A DNA stretch of 64,000 nucleotides. It comes from Candidatus Latescibacterota bacterium. GTDB taxonomy: Bacteria > Latescibacterota > UBA2968 > SICM01. The notes below the pieces were generated by a model that was given only the letters and a program-made list of their open reading frames with translations, was not told the origin of the DNA and did no database searches. The stretch is taken from assembly GCA_965217865.1 (NCBI GenBank), contig CBDCJO010000002.1:3840001-3904000 (forward strand), read 5' to 3'. The position numbers and the translations under genes are program-made. This document shows, piece after piece, positions 57,278 through 64,000 of the stretch; position 1 is the stretch's first letter; each line of letters opens with the position of its first letter.

Positions 57278-59806
57278 GTGGGCAGGCACCATCGGTTCCG
57301 AACCGTCATCATTTTGGTTTCCCTGGTAGCGACTGCGTTTTCCCTCTATCCGACCCTCCGTTTTTACGGATTGATGGGGAGCCCCGACCTTTCCTATCGA
57401 GAGCAGGCCATCAAGCTCGGCCTGGACCTCCTGGGCGGCATGCATCTTGTCCTGGAGGTCGACACCTCCAAATTGACCCCCGATGAGGCCAAGGATGCGG
57501 GATTCCGCGCGCACGAAGTTATCGGAAATCGGATCGACCAGTTCGGGGTGGCGGAGCCTGTAATCCAGATGCAGGGGGACAGGCGGATCATCGTCGAGCT
57601 TCCCGGAGTCAAGGACGTTGACCGGGCGTTGAAACTGATCGGCCAGACGGCCATTTTGGAGTTTCGCCTCGTAAAAGAGCAGGAGGCTTTTCGTTCGGTG
57701 GTGGGGCGAATCGACGAGAAGCTTTCAGGGCGTCAGGAAAAATCCGAGAGCGATCTGACCGCCGTTGAGGATGAAGCCCGACCATTAACCTCCCTCCTGA
57801 CTGCGTATGGCAACGATATCGTGGTTCCCGCGGAAAATATCGACCGTGTTAAAGAAATATTTTCCGATCCGGAAATCCAGGACCTGTTGACCGAAGATGA
57901 CGGCGAGATTTTATGGGCTATGCACGCGGAGGAGGTTCAGGACGAGCGGATTAGCGGGATCTTCTATGTCAAAAAGCGGCCCGAGATGACAGGGGATGTC
58001 CTGGAGGATGCCAGAGCGCAACGGGGTCAGTCGTTCACGAATGCGAATCAGCCTCTGGTGGCTTTCCAGACAACGAGCGAAGGAACGCGGATCTTCGGAA
58101 GGGTCACCGGGGCCAATGTGGGGCGTCGAATGGCCATTGTCCTTGACGGGAAGGTGGCGTCAGCTCCGACGATCCAAACCAAAATCGATCGAGGCACGGG
58201 CGAAATCACAGGGAGCCGGAATATGGAAGAGGCCCAGGACCTGTCGATTGTGCTGAGGGCCGGGGCCCTTCCCGCACCGATCAGCATCATCAGCAAACAG
58301 GTTGTGGGCCCCTCCCTGGGGGCGGACTCGATTAGGATGGGCACCCGTGCTTCATTGGCAGCCCTTTTGCTTGTTGGTATATTCATGGTCCTCTACTACC
58401 GCCTTAGCGGTTTAGTGGCGGATATCGCACTTTTTTTGAATATGGTCTTCATGTTGGCGGCCATGGCCTATTTTCAGGCCACCCTCACCCTGCCGGGGAT
58501 CGCGGGAGTCATCCTGACGATCGGGATGGCCGTGGACGCTAACATCCTGATTTTTGAACGCGTAAAGGAGGAACTAAGGGCGGGTAAGTCCGTGAAGGCG
58601 GCGATCGAGGTCGGCTACGAGAAGGCCTTTAAGACGATCCTCGATTCCAACGTGACGACACTGATCACCGCGCTCGCCCTGTATGAGTTCGGGACCGGAC
58701 CGATTCGTGGGTTCGCCGTAACCCTGGGTGTGGGCATTATCGCGAGCATGTTCACGGCGATCGTCGTGACACGCGCCATCTTCGATTTCTTCATCGATCG
58801 GGTGCGTCCGAAGCGGTTGAGCATTGGCATGATCGATCCGTTCAGGGGGGCCAACTACGGGTTTATCCGGATCCGGCGGCTCGCCTTCACGATCTCTGCA
58901 ATATTGCTCGCGGTGGGCTTGATGTCGATCGGCGTGCAAGGCGGACTGAAGAGCGGGATCGATTTCCGGGGGGGGACGCTCCTGGAGGCCTATTTCGACC
59001 CGGCGGTGCCCGTGGAAGAGGTTCGGGATGCGCTGAATTCCGTTCCGGTGCAGGGGGTGACGCTCGATTTAGGGGATAGTGAGATCAAGAGCGTCGAAAA
59101 TAACCCGAAGCATGTCCTGATCCGGGTCTCATCGATGGGGGGGGAGGAGGGGATTTCAGAAGCCGTCAAGTCCCACCTCCGGAATGTGTTTTCCGATCAT
59201 CTTGGCTCCGATTGGCTTCGCCAAGAGGTAAATGTTGGTCCCAAGATCGGGAAAGAGTTGATGTGGGATGCGATCAAGGCCGTTCTCTGGTCGATGCTCG
59301 GCATCCTGATCTACATTGCCATCCGGTTCGAGTTCAAGTTCGGCGTGGGCGCCCTGATCGCTCTTTTCCACGATATCCTGTTGACACTGGGTTTCCTTTC
59401 GGTTTTGGGGATTGAGATGTCGATGGGGATCGTGGCCGCCCTTCTGACGCTGCTCGGTTACTCGAATAACGATACAATTGTGGTATACGACCGCATCCGA
59501 GAGGGGCTTCGGGCTTTCCGGAGGGGACAGAAATACGAGGATGTCGTCAACAGAAGCATCAATCAAACCTTGAACCGAGGTGTTGTCACGCACCTGACCG
59601 TTCTGTTCGTGCTGTTTACCCTCTTCTTTTTCGGTGGAGAAGTCAACAAGCCCTTTTCTTTCGCGCTCTCCTTCGGTGTGATCGTGGGTATCTATTCCTC
59701 CGTCTACATCGCCTCTCCGGTCGTCGTGGAGTGGTATCTCAGGCGTACTCTCTCTGCGGAAAGAGAGCGGATCCCCAACAGGAAGGCCGTGGGGAGGCGG
59801 GCTTGA
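57278..59806 (+). CDS. secDF: Protein translocase SecDF fusion
   Basis: 'LGLDLLGG', 'IDQFGVAEP', 'LRAGALPAP', 'GMAVDANILIFER', 'GIDFRGG', 'GYSNNDTIVVYDRIRE'. Confidence 0.97.
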   Translation: MGRHHRFRTVIILVSLVATAFSLYPTLRFYGLMGSPDLSYREQAIKLGLDLLGGMHLVLEVDTSKLTPDEAKDAGFRAHEVIGNRIDQFGVAEPVIQMQGDRRIIVELPGVKDVDRALKLIGQTAILEFRLVKEQEAFRSVVGRIDEKLSGRQEKSESDLTAVEDEARPLTSLLTAYGNDIVVPAENIDRVKEIFSDPEIQDLLTEDDGEILWAMHAEEVQDERISGIFYVKKRPEMTGDVLEDARAQRGQSFTNANQPLVAFQTTSEGTRIFGRVTGANVGRRMAIVLDGKVASAPTIQTKIDRGTGEITGSRNMEEAQDLSIVLRAGALPAPISIISKQVVGPSLGADSIRMGTRASLAALLLVGIFMVLYYRLSGLVADIALFLNMVFMLAAMAYFQATLTLPGIAGVILTIGMAVDANILIFERVKEELRAGKSVKAAIEVGYEKAFKTILDSNVTTLITALALYEFGTGPIRGFAVTLGVGIIASMFTAIVVTRAIFDFFIDRVRPKRLSIGMIDPFRGANYGFIRIRRLAFTISAILLAVGLMSIGVQGGLKSGIDFRGGTLLEAYFDPAVPVEEVRDALNSVPVQGVTLDLGDSEIKSVENNPKHVLIRVSSMGGEEGISEAVKSHLRNVFSDHLGSDWLRQEVNVGPKIGKELMWDAIKAVLWSMLGILIYIAIRFEFKFGVGALIALFHDILLTLGFLSVLGIEMSMGIVAALLTLLGYSNNDTIVVYDRIREGLRAFRRGQKYEDVVNRSINQTLNRGVVTHLTVLFVLFTLFFFGGEVNKPFSFALSFGVIVGIYSSVYIASPVVVEWYLRRTLSAERERIPNRKAVGRRA

Positions 59807-59965
59807 AATCAAAGCGAATCTATAAAAATAGCGAAAGATAGCCGGACCAGAGGTTATTATTAACCTACGGACAAGACGGGTGGCTTGACTCAGAATCGAC
59901 CGAGTCGGGCTTCTTCCTCCCCCTCTATGCCCGGTTTCAGTTTTTGAAAGGAGCGTGATGTAGCC

Positions 59966-60755
59966 GTGGATTTTGGCCTGTTGTTCGGAATGATGCTGGG
60001 ATTGGCCTCCGTTTTCGGGTCCTTCCTCCTGGAGGGAGGGCATATGCACATGCTGTTCATGACCGCGCCGATGATCGTTGTGTTCGGCGGGACGCTGGCC
60101 ACATCGATGATCGGAAACCCGACGTCTCGGTTCCTGGCCATTCCCACCTACTACAAGGTGGCGATGATGGACCCCGAGTTTTCCGCACTCAAGCTGATCG
60201 GGGACATGATCCATCTCGCAGAGTTGGCGCGCCGGGAAGGGATCCTGACCCTTGAGGCCCACCTGGCCAACATGAAGAGCCCATTTGTTCAACGGGGTTT
60301 GAAACTCGCGATCGACGGCGTGGAACCGGAGACGGTTCAAAAGGTGATGGAAGGTGAGCTGGATGCCATGTCGGAGCGTCACGCCGCCGGAGCAAAGATG
60401 TTTTCCCAGACGGGGGGGATATGCGCCCACATTGGGAATCATCGGGACGGTGATGGGTTTGATCCATACGCTGGCGGGAGCTGGCGGTGACCCAACCGCG
60501 CTGATTCACGCCATCGGGGCCGCGTTCATCGCCACGCTATGGGGAGTATTCTCGGCAAACATCATGTTCCTCCCTGTTGGCGATAAATTGAAGAACAGGC
60601 ACGCAGAAGAGGAACATTACCTGAATATTGCCATGGTGGCGGTCTTCGAGATTCAATCGGGTACGAACCCCAGCATGCTCCAGACCCAGTTGCTCTCCCT
60701 GCTCCCGCCGGAAGAGCGCAAGGAGGATGGCATTGGGGAGGCCCAGGCGGCCTGA
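59966..60755 (+). CDS. motA: Stator protein MotA; +1 frameshift in a G7 run at 60412-60418 as assembled
   Basis: 'FGGT', 'ARREGILTLE', 'LAIDG'; the second frame gives 'GGYAPTLGIIGTVMGLI...AFIATLWG..SAN..FLP'. Confidence 0.88.
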
Positions 60756-60788
60756 TCCGTCGGTGAAGGAATATGAGGCAATAAGACT

Positions 60789-61554
60789 ATGGCGAAGAAA
60801 CACGCAGAGGAACACGATGGCGGGGCGGAACGATACCTCATCACGTACGCTGACCTGATCACGCTCCTGCTGGGTCTCTTCATCGTGCTCTATTCCATGT
60901 CCGAGCAAAGCATGTCGAAGTTCAGGTCCTACTCCGCGGCCTTCAACCTGGTGTTCGGGCAAGGAGGCGGAAGCGGTGTGCCCATTGGTCTGGACGCCAT
61001 GCTGGTCGGCCAGCACCCCAAACCCGGGTTTCGACAAGGTCGTACGGGTGGAAAGGGGGAAGGAGACGGGGAAGGGGGCGGGAAGGAGCAGATGGCAGAA
61101 CTGAAAGGGATTCAGGGGGAAAAGGGGGAGGAAAAATTTCAAATCAGAGAGAGCAGAGAGGGGATCGTGATCAGCCTTCCGGAGAGGCTCACTTTCAGTT
61201 CCGGCTATGCCGACCTCCAACCCGGGGCCCGGGCCGTGCTCGACAGCCTATCGGTGATCTTCGAAAAGTACGACAACGCACTCCGCATTGAGGGTCACAC
61301 CGACAACATCCCGATGAGAGGGGACGTATCCCCATAACATGGCCCTCTCCAATGCACGCGCGTCGAATGCATACACCTATCTCGTGGAAGAACTTGGACT
61401 CGATCCTCAAAGAATCTCAACCTCGGGTTATGGGGAATACCGGCCTTTTGCCCCCAACGATTCTCCTGAAAATCGAGCAAAGAACCGTCGGATCGACATC
61501 ATTGTCGTGAAAAAGGAAACGTCGGCCACGAATGGCGAAGAACCCGAATTTTAG
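60789..61554 (+). CDS. motB: Stator protein MotB (OmpA-like peptidoglycan-binding domain); +1 frameshift in a G4 run at 61320-61323 as assembled
   Basis: 'YLITYADLITLLLGLFIVLYSMS', 'EGHTDN'; the second frame gives 'YPHNMALSNARA...GYGEYRP..PND...NRRIDI'. Confidence 0.88.
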
Positions 61555-61606
61555 GGCGGGCCCCGACAAATATGTGAGAACTCCCTTTCTATAAGGACCC
61601 GCCCAG

Positions 61607-61816
61607 ATGGAGAATTTCCTATATTATGTGGGGTATCTTTTCTCCATTCTGATGGTGGCGGTTGGCATCCTGGTTATCTCCGGGTTTATGATGCCGCAAT
61701 TTGTCGGTGGAGATCGCATCCGGGTGTTGTTTGGGGTGGTTGTACTCCTGTATGGGGTTCTCCGATTCGTACAGACACGCGTGAAGGCCAAACAGAGATT
61801 GGAAGGCCGCGATTAA
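61607..61816 (+). CDS. Small 2-TM membrane protein
   Basis: 69 aa, two hydrophobic helices, 'FGVVVLLYGVLRF'; AAGGA RBS. Confidence 0.75.
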   Translation: MENFLYYVGYLFSILMVAVGILVISGFMMPQFVGGDRIRVLFGVVVLLYGVLRFVQTRVKAKQRLEGRD

Positions 61817-61946
61817 ACCCCGCATTTGCGGATTGCAAATTCCAGGTTCGAAAGATATATTTGTATGTTGTCCCTCTCAAAGGGTGAACCCCGCTTGATG
61901 GTTTTCGTCGAATCAAGCCGAACGAAACGCCCTGCTGGTTTGCGAC

Positions 61947-62933
61947 GTGGGTAGTTTCGCATCCGTTGTGTCCGGAGACTTGAGGCCATCCCCTTCCAAT
62001 CATCCCAGAAATCGATCTCCGGTACGCTCCTTGTCAACCTTCTGTTTCTCCTTCCCACCCCGTTTGATCGGATTCCTCCTTTTCTCGTTTCTTGCAGCCA
62101 CGCTGGGTTGTGCCCCATCGGGTGAGACAGCACTGCGGGGCCATCTAAAGTTGGCGTGTGCCGACAGCGCACTTCCTCTGATGGAAAGGGAAGCGCGTGT
62201 GTTTATGGGCTTGTATCCTGGTTCCAGAATCGATATCGTTTCGACCGATTCGCGGGGGGCTCTGGTCCAGCTTTTCAGCGGAGAAGTCGGGGCTGCGGTC
62301 ATAGCTCGCGACCTGGAAGAGGACGAGAGGCAGGCCGCTCGGGATGCAAACGTCGAAATAAAGGCTTTCCGAATCGCCATCGATGGTATTGGGTTCATCG
62401 TCAACCCGAACAACCGGGTTGATCGATTGACGATGGATCAGGTAAGGGGGTTGTTTGACGGGAAGTTCCGATCGTGGAAGGAGGTCGGGGGGGAAGATCT
62501 TCCTGTTGTCCCCATCCTCCGGGACCGTAACTCGGGCACATACGAAGTGGTCCGATCCGGTGTGTTGAAAGGGGCGAATTTTGCCCCGGGGTTTATTTGT
62601 CGGACCTCCCAAGAAGTGGTGGATCGGGTGGCGTCCGAGTCCGGGGGGATCGGGTGTACGGGTCTGGCGTGGCTCGACGGGGAACGCGTGAAAGCCGTCC
62701 AGATCGCAGGGAAACCCAGCGAGGCGTTCGCCCGGGCTGACGCCCCACACGTGTATCAGAACCGATATCCGGTTCGACGGCCATTTTTTATCTGCGCGGT
62801 TAACTATCGGCTGGAGCAGGCCCTCCGGGTCGGTTTTATCTCCTTTTTGACGAGCCAAAAGGGTCAGACGGTCGTTGAGAGAGCCGGGTTGGTGCCGGAC
62901 ACGGTTCCTGAGCGTATCATACAGCTGAATTGA
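61947..62933 (+). CDS. PstS-like (PBP2 phosphate-type) substrate-binding lipoprotein
   Basis: Lipobox-like 'TLGC', 'IAIDGIGFIVNPNN', 'SWKEVGG', 'RDRNSGTYE', 'YPVRRP'. The real start is probably further downstream. Confidence 0.85.
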   Translation: MGSFASVVSGDLRPSPSNHPRNRSPVRSLSTFCFSFPPRLIGFLLFSFLAATLGCAPSGETALRGHLKLACADSALPLMEREARVFMGLYPGSRIDIVSTDSRGALVQLFSGEVGAAVIARDLEEDERQAARDANVEIKAFRIAIDGIGFIVNPNNRVDRLTMDQVRGLFDGKFRSWKEVGGEDLPVVPILRDRNSGTYEVVRSGVLKGANFAPGFICRTSQEVVDRVASESGGIGCTGLAWLDGERVKAVQIAGKPSEAFARADAPHVYQNRYPVRRPFFICAVNYRLEQALRVGFISFLTSQKGQTVVERAGLVPDTVPERIIQLN

Positions 62934-62963
62934 CCAGGAAATCAGGTTAGGAGCCGAAGGCCA

Positions 62964-64000
62964 ATGGGCGAGGTGACTGGCAAAGAATCACGCCTTCAGG
63001 GGGCTGCCATATCCTTATTTGTCGTGATCCTCTTCCTCTCCCCGTCCCTCGGGGCTGGCGGGTGGCTTGATGATGCCGATAGGTCGATTGCAGAACGGGA
63101 TTTTGAAACCGCGATCACCCTCCTCCAGGGGGGCATCGAGCAGGAACCCAAATCGGCGGAAGCCTACTATCTGCTTGGGATGGCCCTAAAAGGGTCCGGA
63201 CGAACCGATGAGGCCTCCTCTGCTTTTCAGAGGGCCTTGAAGATTCGGAAGAAACTCGTGAAGCCGCGCTATGAACTCGGGATGCTTCAGCTTGAAAACG
63301 GTCAGCACGGGGAAGCCGAGGCCACCTTTCAGAAGGGGATTAAAAAAAAATACGAACCGTCCGGACCGTTGAACTATGGCATAGGGATGGTCAAGATGGC
63401 CCAGGATTCCCTGAGGGCGGCCACTGTCTATTTTACCAGGGCGGCCCATGACGACCCTTATAATCCCGCCTACTTTAAGGCCATGGGCGATATCTACGCC
63501 AGACAGAAGGTTACCGAACTGGCCGTGAATGAATACAACAGCGCCCTTCAACTCGATCCGAACGCTCCCGATATTCACCACGCAATCGGGAAACTCTATT
63601 TCAAGGATCGGAATTGGGCCGAGGTCCTCAAGGCTTGGAGGGCCGCCCTCTCAGCGGATTCGACCTTCGTGCCGGTTTATGCGGATCTGATCGACCTCTA
63701 CCTGATTATGAAACCCCCCCGCTACGGGGATGCCGTCCCCCTGCTGGAAAAGGCGGTCGAATTCCATCCGGAGGAAACAAAGTATAAGGTGGAACTTGCC
63801 AGGGGCATGGCGAAGACCAAGGCCTATCGGAAGGCGGCGCTCCCCTTCCTCGAGAAGGCGAACTTTCTTGTACCAGATGATGTCGAGATCCTGGTCCTGA
63901 TCGGGGATCTTTCACTCGCGGAAAAAGACTTCGACCGGGCGGTCCAGTCCTACAGGAAGGCCACCCAGCTCGACCCGAACTATGTGGGGGCGCTTAAAGG
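62964..64000 (+). CDS. Large exported TPR protein (runs off the window end)
   Basis: ATG at 62964; signal peptide (AISLFVVILFLSPSLGA), then many TPRs (AEAYYLLG, YELG, YFKAMGDIY, IHHAIG). Open to the end of the window. Confidence 0.88.
   Translation, partial: MGEVTGKESRLQGAAISLFVVILFLSPSLGAGGWLDDADRSIAERDFETAITLLQGGIEQEPKSAEAYYLLGMALKGSGRTDEASSAFQRALKIRKKLVKPRYELGMLQLENGQHGEAEATFQKGIKKKYEPSGPLNYGIGMVKMAQDSLRAATVYFTRAAHDDPYNPAYFKAMGDIYARQKVTELAVNEYNSALQLDPNAPDIHHAIGKLYFKDRNWAEVLKAWRAALSADSTFVPVYADLIDLYLIMKPPRYGDAVPLLEKAVEFHPEETKYKVELARGMAKTKAYRKAALPFLEKANFLVPDDVEILVLIGDLSLAEKDFDRAVQSYRKATQLDPNYVGALK

Noticed and set aside
59820-59850. Possible sigma28 promoter (TAAA...GCCG) upstream of motA
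   Set aside because: 14-nt spacer and only half of GCCGATAA matches.

Overview
Gene-dense, GC-rich bacterial chromosome segment with about 55 genes. I found no rRNA, tRNA, CRISPR array, transposase or prophage. The gene content (uronate/sugar catabolism, several Gfo/Idh/MocA enzymes, a heparinase-like lyase, fused SecDF, an RpoD paralog lacking region 1.1) suggests an FCB-superphylum organism such as Latescibacterota; this is inference only. The window holds, in order: sugar catabolism genes; an asymmetric heterodimeric ABC exporter plus HlyD adaptor behind a candidate structured leader RNA; an unusual split-PilZ protein; hisGDCB; a ~12 kb surface-glycosylation cluster; icd; purA; a MerR-sigma-pentapeptide-moaA-ferredoxin block; a sulfite/nitrite reductase; kduD; an acetoin/2-oxoacid dehydrogenase E2-E1a-E1b; transaldolase; TPR-secDF; and an orphan motAB followed by a small membrane protein, a PstS-like lipoprotein and a large TPR protein. 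Four genes are interrupted by small indels in short homopolymers, most likely long-read errors. The best novelty candidates are the motAB/PstS-like/TPR module, the structured RNA upstream of the ABC-HlyD operon, the split-PilZ protein, and a uORF-terminator leader before kduD.
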